Counted from the stretch's first letter, positions 9,709 to 20,037 are shown. The stretch: 64,000 nt of DNA from an uncultured bacterium (GCA_964604705.1 CAZSAP010000001.1:363500-427499), one strand, 5' to 3'. A program made the numbers and translations. Notes: generated by a model not told the origin, from the letters alone.

Positions 9709-9740
9709 TCGTAGGGGCGACCCGGTGGTCGCCCCTACGA
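9709..9740. terminator. Perfect 14-bp stem hairpin between cargo genes D and C
   Basis: tcgtaggggcgacc-cggt-ggtcgcccctacga, followed on the plus strand by attttcttttgtaattttt. On the minus strand it lies 57 nt after the D stop codon. Confidence 0.5.
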
Positions 9741-9796
9741 ATTTTCTTTTGTAATTTTTAATCACTTTCCATTTTCAATTTTCAATTCTCGATTTT

Positions 9797-11665
9797 CTAT
9801 TTAACCACCGCAACTTTACTCTTCCCAACCTCTTTGCCATCCAACAGAATACGTGCGATGTAAAGTCCGGGTGCCACGCTAGAGCAATCCCAGACAACCA
9901 CCCCACGCCCCGCAGGCAGTGAGTCTGTGACCACACCCACCCGCTCCCCGTTTAAATTGGTCATTTGGATTTTCACCTGTACGGCCCGATCCGGGTTCAG
10001 GAGAAACTTCACCTGCTCGCGCCCCGGGTTAGGATACGCTAGGAAAAGCTTACCCGTTAAATCGACGTCCTCCAAAGCACTGCGCGGTGTTGCGGTTAAG
10101 GTCGCGGCGGCTGCACCCGAGGTGGGTGTCGGAGTGGCTGTGGGTGTGCTGGTATGGGTCAGTGTCGCTGTCAAGGTAGGTGTAACTGTAGGCGAAGCTG
10201 TGCTTGTAGGTGTGACTGTACTTGTGGGCGTATACGCCAAGCTGCAGCCCATGGTGTTTGAGTGCCAGGTCTGGTACACACCGTTGCGGGCGCGTACGCG
10301 GTAATAATACGTCCCTTGACTGGTCAACCCCGTGACCGACCACGAGGTAGCGTTCCCCACCAGGCTATTTCCCCAGCCGCTGACCAGATTGATAAACATG
10401 TTATCCGTAGCCACGTCCAGGGCATAATCCGTGGCGCCAGCAACGGATTGCCAGTTGGCGGTAAACGCGGTTGGGCTTTGCACAGTAGGCGCCAGCGCCA
10501 CAGGCAAGGTGCCGTTATATTCCACGCTGCCTTTGTCTGCCGTGTTCACCCGCAGAAACCCGCGCGCATCCACAAAGGGTACACTTCCGCCGGTGACTGG
10601 ATCGACGGCGAAGCTGCTGCTTGCAGGCAAACATGTCTGCACATACCCGCCGTAATCAGCCAACGGTGCTAAATTCGCAGGCACCTTGCTCGCTTCCGTG
10701 CCCACCACGTCTCCGGAGGTCCAGGTGTACGTATATGCCCCAGTAGAACCCACCAGATTATTTCCCAAAGACGTAAAGACTCCGCTAATTAATAAAATGT
10801 CGGAATTGCCTCCGGTTTGCACTTGATTGCCAGCCACGATGCAAGATTGCATACTGGTTGTACACGTATCGAAAGCAATCCCCCCAATACCATTGGTCGT
10901 GTTGTTGCCGGTAATGGTACAGTGATTCATCGTCGCTGTACTAATCCCGAAAAGAATGGCGCCGTTACTCTGCGAGTTATTTCCATAGATCGTAACATTG
11001 CTGCAGATGATGCTCCCCATGCTTGTACAGATCGCGCCGTTATTTTGAGCAGAATTATTGCTGATCAAAGAATTGTAAAGCTCTGTTTGCGCATTGTAGG
11101 CAAACAGACCTCCTCCAGAGGTGTTCGAACTGCCACTTCGCGTGGCGTTGTTGTTTACCACCTGGCAGCGGTTTAGGGTCAACGTGCCTTGGTCATTGTA
11201 AATACCGGCCCCCGAAGCACTCACAATGCTGGCCACCGCGTTGTTATTGGCCACGCTACACTGATCCAGTGAAAGCGCCGCACCTGAGTTGATGCGGATG
11301 CCCGCGCCATTGCTGTCTGTGATTTTGCCATTGCAAACCGTCATTCCTGAAAGTACGCTCGCGCCCGAAGTAACATCGAATACCCGGAACAAATTGCCGC
11401 CACTCACATAGAGCCTGGATACACCAGGACCCACGATGGTCAAACTTTTGTTGATCGTCAGCGTGGACCCTAAGGTAATGGTAGCGCCGGCGGGTAGGTT
11501 AAAATCGATGGTTCCTCCGTTCGCAGAATCCGCTATGGCCTGACGCAATGTCCCAGCGCCGGAATTCGCATTGCTGGTAACCGTAATGGTCGCCGCCTGG
11601 GTAGAGACCACCGACAACACCCACACCCCTAAAAACCATCCTAATCCCACATGTCGCTTAATCAC
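9797..11665 (-). CDS. Secreted CSLREA-motif beta-helix protein with FN3-like domain, Thr/Pro linker and T9SS-type C-terminal domain (cargo D; tandem duplicate of E)
   Basis: 622 aa with a GTG start preceded by AAAAGGAG and a 6-nt spacer. The N-terminal ~90 aa are almost identical to E ([31 protein letters not shown]). Motif YALDVATDNMF...YYYRVRARNG is FN3-like. C-terminus ends ...KVAVVK. Confidence 0.8.
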   Translation of the reverse strand: MIKRHVGLGWFLGVWVLSVVSTQAATITVTSNANSGAGTLRQAIADSANGGTIDFNLPAGATITLGSTLTINKSLTIVGPGVSRLYVSGGNLFRVFDVTSGASVLSGMTVCNGKITDSNGAGIRINSGAALSLDQCSVANNNAVASIVSASGAGIYNDQGTLTLNRCQVVNNNATRSGSSNTSGGGLFAYNAQTELYNSLISNNSAQNNGAICTSMGSIICSNVTIYGNNSQSNGAILFGISTATMNHCTITGNNTTNGIGGIAFDTCTTSMQSCIVAGNQVQTGGNSDILLISGVFTSLGNNLVGSTGAYTYTWTSGDVVGTEASKVPANLAPLADYGGYVQTCLPASSSFAVDPVTGGSVPFVDARGFLRVNTADKGSVEYNGTLPVALAPTVQSPTAFTANWQSVAGATDYALDVATDNMFINLVSGWGNSLVGNATSWSVTGLTSQGTYYYRVRARNGVYQTWHSNTMGCSLAYTPTSTVTPTSTASPTVTPTLTATLTHTSTPTATPTPTSGAAAATLTATPRSALEDVDLTGKLFLAYPNPGREQVKFLLNPDRAVQVKIQMTNLNGERVGVVTDSLPAGRGVVVWDCSSVAPGLYIARILLDGKEVGKSKVAVVK

Positions 11666-11725
11666 TCGCTACTCCTTTTGGCTATGCCGATTTTCTATTC
11701 TCTTTTTTCTATTGTCTTTTAATGT

Positions 11726-13630
11726 CTAGCGTACGACCGCCACCTTGCTCTTCCCGATCTCTTTGCCGTCCATGGAGATGCGAGCCAGATAAAGTCCGGG
11801 TGCCACGCTACGGCAATCCCAGGTTATTGTCCCTTTGCCGGCTGGAATGTCACCCATAACCACGGCTACCTGTTCCCCATTTAGATTGAATAAAACAATT
11901 TGAATCTGCACCGCATGCTCTGGGTTAAACATAAACCGAATCTGCTCGCGCCCCGGGTTAGGATACGCTAGGAAAAGCTTACCCGTTAAATCGACGTCTT
12001 CCAAAGCACTGCGCGGTGTTGCGGTTAAGGTCGCGGTTGGCACCGGGGTCTGTGTGCTCGTAAACGTCGCAGCGGCTGCACCTGAGGTGGGTGTTGGAGT
12101 TGCTGAGGGTGTACAGGTTTGGGTCAGTATCGCGGTCAATGTCGATGTAACTGTAGGCGTCGCCGTGCTTGTGGGTGTCACGGTGCTCGTAGGCGTGTAG
12201 GCTAGGCTGCATCCCGTCGTGTTCGAGTGCCAGGTCTGGTACGCACCGTTGCGGGCGCGAACGCGGTAATAATACGTCCCTTGACTGGTCAACCCCGTGA
12301 CTGACCACGAGGTGGCATTGCCCACCAGGCTATTGCCCCAGCCACTGACCAGATTGATGAACATATTATCCGTGGCCACGTCCAGAGCATAATCCGTGGC
12401 CCCAGTCACCGCCTGCCAGTTGGCCGTAAACGCGGTTGGGTTTTGCACCGTGGCAGGTAGAGCCACGGGTAATGTGCCGTTGTATTCCACGCTGCCTTTG
12501 TCCGCGGTGTTCACCCGCAGAAACCCGCGCGCATCCACAAAGGGTACACTTCCACCGGTGACTGGATCGACGGCCAAACTACTGCTCGCGGGCATGCATG
12601 TCTGCACATACCCGCCGTAATCAGCCAACGGTGCTAAATTCGCAGGCACCTTGCTCGTTTCCGAGCCCACCACGTCTCCGGTGGTCCAGGTGTATGTATT
12701 TGCCCCAGTAGAACCCACCAAATTGTTTCCCAAGGACGTGAATGTTCCGTCAAAAAAAATGTCGGAATTGGCACCGGACTGCACTAGATTGCCGGCCACA
12801 CTGCAAGACTGCAGGGTGGTTGTGCAATTAAAGCAAGCAATTCCCCCAACACCATTTGCCGTATTGTTGCAAGTAATGGTGCTATGATCCAAGGTCACTG
12901 TGCTGCCCGCGCAATACACGGGGCTGTTAGTCTGCGAATTATTTCCGTAGATCGTGACATTGCTGAAGGTTAATGTCCCCGAATAACCATTAATCGCACC
13001 GCCAATTCGGGCAGAATTATTGATGATCGTAGAATTGTAAAGCGCTGTTTGCGCAAAATATGCAGACAGTCCTCCCCCAAACGTATTCGGACCGGAAGTG
13101 GTGCGCGTGACGTTGTTGTTCGCCACCTGGCAGCGGTTTAGGGTCAGCGTGCCTTGGTCATTATAAATGCCACCTGCTTCAGCGTCCATACCGCTGGCAA
13201 CCGTGTTGTTATTGGCAATCGTGCACTGGTCCAGGGAAAGCGCCGCGCCTGAATTGATACGGATGCCTGCACCATTGGTGTCAGTGACCTTGCCATTGCA
13301 CACTGTCATTCCGGAAATAAAGCTCGTACCCGAAGTAACGTCGAACACCCGGTACAAATCGTTTCCACTCACATAGAGCCTGGACACACCTGGGCCCACG
13401 ATCGTCAAACTTTTGTTGATGGTCAGTGTGGACCCTAAGGTAATGGTAGCGCCGGCGGGTAGGTTAAAATCGATGGTTCCTCCGTTCGCAGAATCCGCTA
13501 TGGCCTGACGCAATGTCCCAGCGCCGGAATTCGCATTGCTGGTAACCGTAATGGTGGCCGCCTGGGTAGAGACCACCGACAACACCCACACCCCTAAAAA
13601 CCACCCTAATCCCGCATGTCGCTTATTCAC
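11726..13630 (-). CDS. Secreted CSLREA-motif beta-helix protein with FN3-like domain, Thr/Pro linker and T9SS-type C-terminal domain (cargo E)
   Basis: 634 aa with a GTG start. The same AAAAGGAGTAGCGA-GTG upstream context as D. The C-terminal domain has diverged from D's. Confidence 0.8.
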   Translation of the reverse strand: MNKRHAGLGWFLGVWVLSVVSTQAATITVTSNANSGAGTLRQAIADSANGGTIDFNLPAGATITLGSTLTINKSLTIVGPGVSRLYVSGNDLYRVFDVTSGTSFISGMTVCNGKVTDTNGAGIRINSGAALSLDQCTIANNNTVASGMDAEAGGIYNDQGTLTLNRCQVANNNVTRTTSGPNTFGGGLSAYFAQTALYNSTIINNSARIGGAINGYSGTLTFSNVTIYGNNSQTNSPVYCAGSTVTLDHSTITCNNTANGVGGIACFNCTTTLQSCSVAGNLVQSGANSDIFFDGTFTSLGNNLVGSTGANTYTWTTGDVVGSETSKVPANLAPLADYGGYVQTCMPASSSLAVDPVTGGSVPFVDARGFLRVNTADKGSVEYNGTLPVALPATVQNPTAFTANWQAVTGATDYALDVATDNMFINLVSGWGNSLVGNATSWSVTGLTSQGTYYYRVRARNGAYQTWHSNTTGCSLAYTPTSTVTPTSTATPTVTSTLTAILTQTCTPSATPTPTSGAAAATFTSTQTPVPTATLTATPRSALEDVDLTGKLFLAYPNPGREQIRFMFNPEHAVQIQIVLFNLNGEQVAVVMGDIPAGKGTITWDCRSVAPGLYLARISMDGKEIGKSKVAVVR

Positions 13631-13681
13631 TCGCTACTCCTTTTGGCTACGCCGATTTTCTATTCTCTATTTTCTATTGTT

Positions 13682-15850
13682 CTAGCGAACAACCGCCACC
13701 TTACTCTTCCCAATCTCTTTCCCATCTTGCAGCACGCGCACCAGATACAAGCCTGGTGCAACTGTGGTACAGTTCCATATCACGCTGTTAACATTATCTC
13801 CCGTGACTTGAGCGCTTAAGGTGGCCACGCGTTCGCCGCTCATGTTGTATATCTGAATCTTCGCCTCACCCTCGCCTGTGGGCTGAAACGCCAAGGTTAT
13901 CTTGCCTTTACCCGGATTCGGATACGCCACAAGGGTTTTGCCTTTCAGATCAAGTCCACTGCGTTCCAAGGTCGCTGTCAGCGTGGGCGTGTTGGTGGGC
14001 GTCAGCGTTACAGTTGACGTAAGGGTAATGGTCGCCGAAACCGTCTGCGTGGCGGAGATCGTCGAAGTCGCTGAAATGGTCGGGGTAGATGTGAAGGTCA
14101 TCGTGGGCAAGACCGGCGAAACAGTCGAGCTGGGTGTCGCGGTCGGTGTGACCGAGGCCGTGGCCGACTGGGTCCGAGTAGGTGTGGCCGTAGAGGTCGG
14201 AGTGGCCGTAACCGAGGGTGTGGCCGTAGTGCTCGACGAGGGCGAGGTGGCCGTGGCGGTCGGTGTGGCCGTTATGGTCGCAGTCCGCGTGGCCGTATAG
14301 GTAGATGTGCTCGTGCGTGTCGGTGTGGAGGTACGGGTAGGGGTTTGTGTAATCGTGGGCGTAGCCGTAGGTGTATAGGTTACCGTTGACGTCAACGTCG
14401 GAGTCGCCGTGGTGGTGGGCGGCGTTCCGGTGGTTAAGCAAGAAATCGTGTTGGAGTGATAGGTCTGTTCCGTTCCATTGAGGGCGCGCACCCGGTAGTA
14501 ATAGGTCGTGCCGGAAAGTAAACCGGTCACGCTCCATGAGGTGGCATTGCCTACCAGACTGTTCCCCCAGCCACTGACCGGGCTGGTAAATCCACTGTCT
14601 CTGGCCACGTCCAAGGCATACCCTTGCGCGCCGATGACCGCGTTCCAGTTGGCCGTGAAGCCGTTGTCCCCCGTGCCCGTTGCCGCTGTGGCTACTGGCA
14701 GCGTGCCGCTGTATTCTGCCGAGCCCTTGTCCGCAGTGTTTACGCGGAGGTATCCGCGGGCATCCACCCACGAGGCGCTGCTGCTGGCTGGGTCAATGGT
14801 GGAACTACCAACGTTGGGCAGACACACGGGGACATACCCACCGTTGTCCGCGAGACTACCCAGCTGGGCATCCTGTGGGCTGCCCGAAGTACCGATTAGG
14901 TCACTGGCGTCCCAGGTGTAGAGATACGTTGCATTCCTGATCCCCACGATATTATTTCCCAGAGACGTGAGACTGCAGGACATAAATAAAGTGTCTTCGT
15001 TCCAACCGCCACCATTGAGGTGCAGATTTTGAGCCACCACTGTATTCTGGAGGAAAAGCATCGAACCAATCATGACCATTTCCGTCGAGTCGGCCCGGTT
15101 CCCGGTGATGGTGCAATTGATCGCCGCCAAGGTACACGACGAGTAGCCCAGCAAAGAACCGTATCCAGTGGCTGTATTGTTGGAGGCTGTTACATTGACC
15201 AGCGTAGCGGAACTGCCCGATTGGGCAATCCCCGACCCCCAAGACCCGGCATTCTCGGAGATAGTGCTGTTGTATACATACAAGGGGCCGGTGCTGTAAA
15301 TGGCACCGCCATAGGAATTGCCCGAACTAAACGGAATAGCATTGCTCCGTACCGTACAATGGTTCAAGGTCAATGTCCCACCCCGGTTGGCAATACCGCC
15401 TCCACATATCCCTGAAACCAGATCCACCGCGCGATTGTATTGGATCGAGCACTGTTCCAATGTCAGCGTGGCTGCACTGCTCATATAAATACCTGCACCG
15501 CCGTTGGTTGTGTCCGTGGTCCGCCCATGGGCAATGGCGAGTCCGACAAGGGTATTACTGCCACCGGTAACCGCCAAAACACGTACTGTGTCCTGCCCGC
15601 TGAGAATGAGCTGCGTTGCCCCCGGTCCGACCACGGTCACACTCTTGGTCAAGGCCAGTGTCGAACTCAGGTTAATGGTGGCAGGATATGAAAGACTAAA
15701 GGTAATGACATCACCATTGCTCGCATCAGCCAACGCTTGCCGCAGCGTGCCCGCCCCGCTGTCCGCCGAACTGGTAACCGTGATGGTGACCGCCTGGGCC
15801 GATGCTGTTAAATACAATCCCAAACTCAGACTTACCAGAATACGTTTCAT
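13682..15850 (-). CDS. Secreted CSLREA-motif beta-helix protein with long Thr/Pro/Ser linker and T9SS-type C-terminal domain (cargo F)
   Basis: 722 aa. Signal peptide [20 protein letters not shown], then [27 protein letters not shown] ~130-aa T/P/S linker follows. C-terminus ...[25 protein letters not shown]. Confidence 0.8.
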   Translation of the reverse strand: MKRILVSLSLGLYLTASAQAVTITVTSSADSGAGTLRQALADASNGDVITFSLSYPATINLSSTLALTKSVTVVGPGATQLILSGQDTVRVLAVTGGSNTLVGLAIAHGRTTDTTNGGAGIYMSSAATLTLEQCSIQYNRAVDLVSGICGGGIANRGGTLTLNHCTVRSNAIPFSSGNSYGGAIYSTGPLYVYNSTISENAGSWGSGIAQSGSSATLVNVTASNNTATGYGSLLGYSSCTLAAINCTITGNRADSTEMVMIGSMLFLQNTVVAQNLHLNGGGWNEDTLFMSCSLTSLGNNIVGIRNATYLYTWDASDLIGTSGSPQDAQLGSLADNGGYVPVCLPNVGSSTIDPASSSASWVDARGYLRVNTADKGSAEYSGTLPVATAATGTGDNGFTANWNAVIGAQGYALDVARDSGFTSPVSGWGNSLVGNATSWSVTGLLSGTTYYYRVRALNGTEQTYHSNTISCLTTGTPPTTTATPTLTSTVTYTPTATPTITQTPTRTSTPTRTSTSTYTATRTATITATPTATATSPSSSTTATPSVTATPTSTATPTRTQSATASVTPTATPSSTVSPVLPTMTFTSTPTISATSTISATQTVSATITLTSTVTLTPTNTPTLTATLERSGLDLKGKTLVAYPNPGKGKITLAFQPTGEGEAKIQIYNMSGERVATLSAQVTGDNVNSVIWNCTTVAPGLYLVRVLQDGKEIGKSKVAVVR

Positions 15851-15954
15851 GATTACTCGCCTTTGTGTGAATTTCCCTGCAGAAGGGTGCCAGAGACGGC
15901 AGAGATCTTACCAAATCAACCTTCAGGGTACAACCTTTTGGTTCAATGACAATT

Positions 15955-15997
15955 GTAAAAAAAAAAACGCCCTTTTTGGAAATCCCAACGGGGCGTT
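15955..15997 (-). terminator. Rho-independent terminator downstream of cargo gene G
   Basis: aacgccc (15966-72) pairs with gggcgtt (15991-97). On the minus strand it is followed by an 11-T run (rc of the a-run at 15950-15965). Confidence 0.6.
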
Positions 15998-16081
15998 TTC
16001 CGAACGTTAAAACACTAGGCCGACCGCCGGTCGCCTCTACGTTTTTTTAAACTTCACTTTCCATTTTCGATTCTCGATTTT

Positions 16082-18202
16082 CTATCTTACCACCGCGACT
16101 TTGGTCTTCCCAATCTCTTTCCCATCCTGCACAACGCGCACCATGTACAAGCCCGGTGCGATGGACCCACAGTTCCATATCACACTGGCTGTGGTTTCAC
16201 CGCTTACCTGCGCGTTTAAGGTTGCCACACGTTCGCCGCTCATGTTGTATATCTGTATCTTCGCCTCGCCATTACTTGTAGGCAAAAAGGCGATGGTGAT
16301 TTTTTCTTTACCTGGATTGGGATACGCTAAAAGTTTTTTACCAAAAAGATTTAAGCTTGATCGCTCAGGTGATGCTGTGGGCGTGGGGGTCACAGTTGAA
16401 GTCGTTGTGGTAGTAGCAGTCTGAGTAATGGTTGCCGATACTGTGAGTGTGGGCGTGACTGTAGCAGTTATTGTGTGCGTAGCGGAATGAGTGTAGGTCG
16501 CTGACACAGTCAGCGTGGGCGTAACGGTTGCTGAGGCTGTGGCTGTAGGCGTACCCGTAGGTGTCATGGTCGTGGTACTGGTACGCGTGGCGGTTGGACT
16601 TGAGGTCCGGGTTGGTGTAGCAGTAGGCGTGGCCGTGGCACTGGGCGTGGGTGTGAATGTTGGCGTCACGACCATGACATTGGTCGAATAACACGATGTG
16701 CCATACTGGGATTGATTCGTGGAGAGCGCACACACATTGTTCCCAGCAGAAAGCCCGCCTGCCACATTTACCGCCCAGGTATAAGGCCCGGTTCCACTAC
16801 TTGAGGTGGTGTATCCAAGTAACCTCAATGCACCGCCTTGATCGCCCCCAGTGCGATTGGCTTCTGCTGCATACACTTCCACATACTCTCCAGGATAATA
16901 CGACGTCCCCTCCACCCGAGTCGGTTGTGCAAGCGTGATCACCGGACGCATGGATGAAGGACGGATATTTTCATTATAGACATAGGGGTTGGTGTTGCTG
17001 CCCGCAAACCCGCATTGCGTGTTGCCGTAAAACTGATACAACCCCGTGCTCGGCGGTGCATACAATTGGGTGTTGTAAAGCAAATTGCCCACACCGCCGT
17101 TGGGTGTTCCGATGATGTTGCCGGTCGTGGTATTGTAAAAAGTAATATAACTAAAATCGCCAATCCCTTGTGTCCCGGCTACGTTGGTGCCAAAGCAATT
17201 GCCAACAACTGTATTACTGCTCGCTCCCGTATAAAAAATGACATGAGTCATATTGCCGGTAAATATATTTTTATCAAGCACCGGGTTGCTTCCGCCCACC
17301 AAATTCCCGGTTCCCTTGTCGAAAACAACGCCGTATTGGAACGGATGGATACCATTCGTACTGCTGATGCCTATCAAATTGTTTTGGATATAATTGTTGT
17401 TGCTGGGGTTGTAGCCCCCGATTCGAATGGCAGTTCCACCAGTGTTGTCCGAGTGGCCAAAAACATTACCCCACCCAGAGAGCGCAATACCCACCCGGTT
17501 GTTCCCGGTTCCGTCCACCATAAGATCAGCGCTAGCCATGCTAAACGTGCCATTGTTGATGGCAACAGACTGGTCAGAACTTAATCCGAATATATTTCCC
17601 GCAATCACATGATTGCTTCCATAGGCCATTACACCATAATTGGAATTGCCTGAAATGACATTACCCTCGCCTGCCAAGCGATCGCCGCCAATGAAAATGC
17701 GGTTGCCATTACCAATGTTGATTCCAATATAATTGCCCTGCCCACTGGAGTTATTCCAATCGGTTCCAATGGCGCAACGCATGATGCGGACATCACTTAC
17801 TTCATTTTCGATATCTATGGCATATAAAGAATGCACCAAGGCCATACCCGTCAGCGTGCTGCCCGAAGAATCATAACCTCCAGATCCAGTGTATTTGTCC
17901 ATGAAAAATATCGCAACGCTCGAAGCGCTGCGGGAGCCTATGGTTACTCCATTGCCTTCAATAATGACTGTATTTGTAATGACGATTTGGCTATAAACCG
18001 TGATGGAGTTGGGCACCTGGCAGACAATGGTCTGCACGCCCGTGGTGGTGTTCGAGGCGGCAATGGCCTGACGCAATGTTCCTGGACCGCTGTTTTCCCG
18101 GCTGGTGACCACGAACGTCTCTCCCCAGGCAGCCTGAGTACATATCAACAGTACGAGCATGGCAATCCAACTCAAATTCATTTTCGCCTTCATCATCTTC
18201 AA
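16082..18202 (-). CDS. Secreted CSLREA-motif beta-helix protein with Thr/Pro linker and T9SS-type C-terminal domain (cargo G; paralog of the edge gene at 1..1728)
   Basis: 706 aa. MNLSWIAMLVLLICTQAAWGETFVVTSRENSGPGTLRQAIAASNTTTGVQTI. C-terminus ...[59 protein letters not shown]. Confidence 0.8.
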   Translation of the reverse strand: MKMMKAKMNLSWIAMLVLLICTQAAWGETFVVTSRENSGPGTLRQAIAASNTTTGVQTIVCQVPNSITVYSQIVITNTVIIEGNGVTIGSRSASSVAIFFMDKYTGSGGYDSSGSTLTGMALVHSLYAIDIENEVSDVRIMRCAIGTDWNNSSGQGNYIGINIGNGNRIFIGGDRLAGEGNVISGNSNYGVMAYGSNHVIAGNIFGLSSDQSVAINNGTFSMASADLMVDGTGNNRVGIALSGWGNVFGHSDNTGGTAIRIGGYNPSNNNYIQNNLIGISSTNGIHPFQYGVVFDKGTGNLVGGSNPVLDKNIFTGNMTHVIFYTGASSNTVVGNCFGTNVAGTQGIGDFSYITFYNTTTGNIIGTPNGGVGNLLYNTQLYAPPSTGLYQFYGNTQCGFAGSNTNPYVYNENIRPSSMRPVITLAQPTRVEGTSYYPGEYVEVYAAEANRTGGDQGGALRLLGYTTSSSGTGPYTWAVNVAGGLSAGNNVCALSTNQSQYGTSCYSTNVMVVTPTFTPTPSATATPTATPTRTSSPTATRTSTTTMTPTGTPTATASATVTPTLTVSATYTHSATHTITATVTPTLTVSATITQTATTTTTSTVTPTPTASPERSSLNLFGKKLLAYPNPGKEKITIAFLPTSNGEAKIQIYNMSGERVATLNAQVSGETTASVIWNCGSIAPGLYMVRVVQDGKEIGKTKVAVVR

Positions 18203-18336
18203 CTCTCCATGGTTTAGAAAATTAGGGTGTTACGGGCATGATTGCTACGCAAAAAACGTAGGCAAGCCTAATGCTCTTAAGTTTATCAAATGAACCATGA
18301 GTATGCAATCTCCACACCGTGGAATCGTTCCTTTTG

Positions 18337-18378
18337 TAAAAAAAAAAAGCGCCTCCGGCGTTACCACCAGAGGCGCTT
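18337..18378 (-). terminator. Rho-independent terminator of glnA
   Basis: agcgcctc (18348-55) pairs with gaggcgct (18370-77). On the minus strand it is followed by T10 (rc of the a-run at 18338-18347). Confidence 0.65.
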
Positions 18379-18397
18379 AATTCACTAACTTTACGGT

Positions 18398-19819
18398 TTA
18401 GATGTCGTAGTACATCTTGAATTCGTACGGATGCGGACGCAAGTCAATGGCTTCGACTTCGTTCTCCATCTTGTAATCAATCCAGGTATCGATAACATCC
18501 TTGGTGAACACGTCGCCTTTCAGCAAGAACGCGTGATCGGCCTTCAAGGCGTTCAAGGCTTCGCGCAAGGAACCCGGAGTCTTGGCAACCTTGGACGCTT
18601 CTTCGGCCGGCAAGTCATAGATGTTCTTATCCAGCGGCTTGCCTGGATCGATCTTGTTCTGGATACCATCGGCAGCAGCCATGGTCAAGGCCGAGAATGC
18701 CAAGTACGGATTGCAGGACGGATCGGGGCAGCGGAACTCGATGCGCTTGGCCTTGGGGCTGTTGCTGTACATCGGGATGCGCACCGCGGCGCTGCGGTTG
18801 CGGCTGGAGTACGCCAAGTTAACCGGAGCTTCGTAACCCGGGACCAAACGCTTGTAGCTGTTGGTGGTCGGGCTGGTCAAGGCCAACAAGGCCGGAGCAT
18901 GCTTCAGGATACCGCCAATGGCCCACAAGGCTGTCTGGGACAAGCCTGCATAACCGTCGCCGGCGAACAAATTCTTGCCGTCTTTCCACAATGAGAAGTG
19001 GCAGTGCATGCCGCTGCCGTTATCGCCGAAGAGCGGCTTGGGCATGAAGGTCACGGTCTTGCCGGCCTTGTGAGCGGTGTTGCGCACCACGTACTTGAAC
19101 ATCAACAGCTGATCGGCCATCTTCACCAGCGGATTAAACTTGATACCGATTTCGCACTGTCCGGCAGTCGCCACTTCGTGGTGGTGAACTTCCACTTCAA
19201 TGCCCATATCCTGCAGGTTCAGGGTCATCTGGCTGCGCAAATCAACCAAGGTATCGGTTGGGGGGACCGGGAAATATCCTTCTTTATGACGGATCTTGTA
19301 GCCCAAGTTCGGCTTCTCGTCGCGCCCGGTATTCCAAACACCTTCACTGCTGTCAATGTGGTGATACGATTCATGCGAGTTCGTGTCGTAGCGAATCTCG
19401 TCGAAAATGAAGAATTCGGCTTCCGGACCGAGATACGCGGTATCGGCCACACCCGAGCTCTTCAAGTAGTTCTCAGCCTTAATGGCAATGTGCCGGGGAT
19501 CGCGGTCATAATCCTTGCGGGTCACGGGATCCAGGATGTTGCAGATCATGACCAAGGTCTTGACGGTCATGAACGGATCAATGAACGCCGTTTCCGCAAC
19601 CGGTACAATCAACATGTCGGATTCGTTGATGGCCTGCCAGCCGCGAATCGAGGAGCCGTCAAACCCCTTCCCGTTGACAAACGTATCTTCATCAATTGCA
19701 GATACCGGAAAGGTCGTGTGCTGCCAAATCCCCGGAAAATCCATAAAGCGCAAATCCACCATCTGTACATTTTCTTTCTTGATCAGTTCGAGTACATCTT
19801 TGGGCGACTTAATATCCAT
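18398..19819 (-). CDS. glnA: Glutamine synthetase, type I
   Basis: 473 aa. [38 protein letters not shown] matches the GSI N-terminus. AGGAGG RBS. Confidence 0.9.
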   Translation of the reverse strand: MDIKSPKDVLELIKKENVQMVDLRFMDFPGIWQHTTFPVSAIDEDTFVNGKGFDGSSIRGWQAINESDMLIVPVAETAFIDPFMTVKTLVMICNILDPVTRKDYDRDPRHIAIKAENYLKSSGVADTAYLGPEAEFFIFDEIRYDTNSHESYHHIDSSEGVWNTGRDEKPNLGYKIRHKEGYFPVPPTDTLVDLRSQMTLNLQDMGIEVEVHHHEVATAGQCEIGIKFNPLVKMADQLLMFKYVVRNTAHKAGKTVTFMPKPLFGDNGSGMHCHFSLWKDGKNLFAGDGYAGLSQTALWAIGGILKHAPALLALTSPTTNSYKRLVPGYEAPVNLAYSSRNRSAAVRIPMYSNSPKAKRIEFRCPDPSCNPYLAFSALTMAAADGIQNKIDPGKPLDKNIYDLPAEEASKVAKTPGSLREALNALKADHAFLLKGDVFTKDVIDTWIDYKMENEVEAIDLRPHPYEFKMYYDI

Positions 19820-19898
19820 TGCATTCCTCCTGGTAATGTTCAGCCGATGCGCCTAAACATCGGTGACTATATCTACAGCCAACGTCCAGCCCTTATAT

Positions 19899-19915
19899 AG
19901 CAACACCTATGCCAA
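19899..19915 (-). promoter_or_regulatory. Sigma-54 (-24/-12) promoter of glnA
   Basis: Minus-strand TTGGCAT-AGGTG-TTGCT, with GG-N10-GC spacing, about 85 nt upstream of the glnA ATG. Confidence 0.6.
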
Positions 19916-20037
19916 TTTATTTAGCGTCCTTGTTTTTTTTTATCCTTTAAAAACAAGCACTTTTACTCACTCTCAATCCAAGCCCAGTTTCTCAATCTTA
20001 CAAAAATACAAATGTGTATTAATGCTTTTAAAAATTA

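Noticed and set aside
7678-10304. Plus-strand ORFs 7678..8043 and 9927..10304 sharing 'TTPTRSPFKLVIWIFTCTARSG'
   Set aside because: This is an antisense reflection of the near-identical C-terminal sorting-domain DNA of genes C and D, not independent genes.
13902-14771. ORFs 13950..14771 (-, His/Asp/Tyr-rich 273 aa) and 13902..14300 (+)
   Set aside because: They are alternate-frame or antisense readings of the long Thr/Pro/Ser linker of cargo gene F (13682..15850), with low-complexity composition.
9760-16081. Short GAAAAT / ATAGAAAAT direct repeats considered as a possible CRISPR or minisatellite
   Set aside because: Units are 6-10 nt, imperfect, with no spacers of regular length. They are interpreted as part of conserved junction modules, not a CRISPR array.
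18998-19900. 300-aa plus-strand ORF
   Set aside because: It lies entirely antisense to glnA (18398..19819), which has unambiguous GSI homology.
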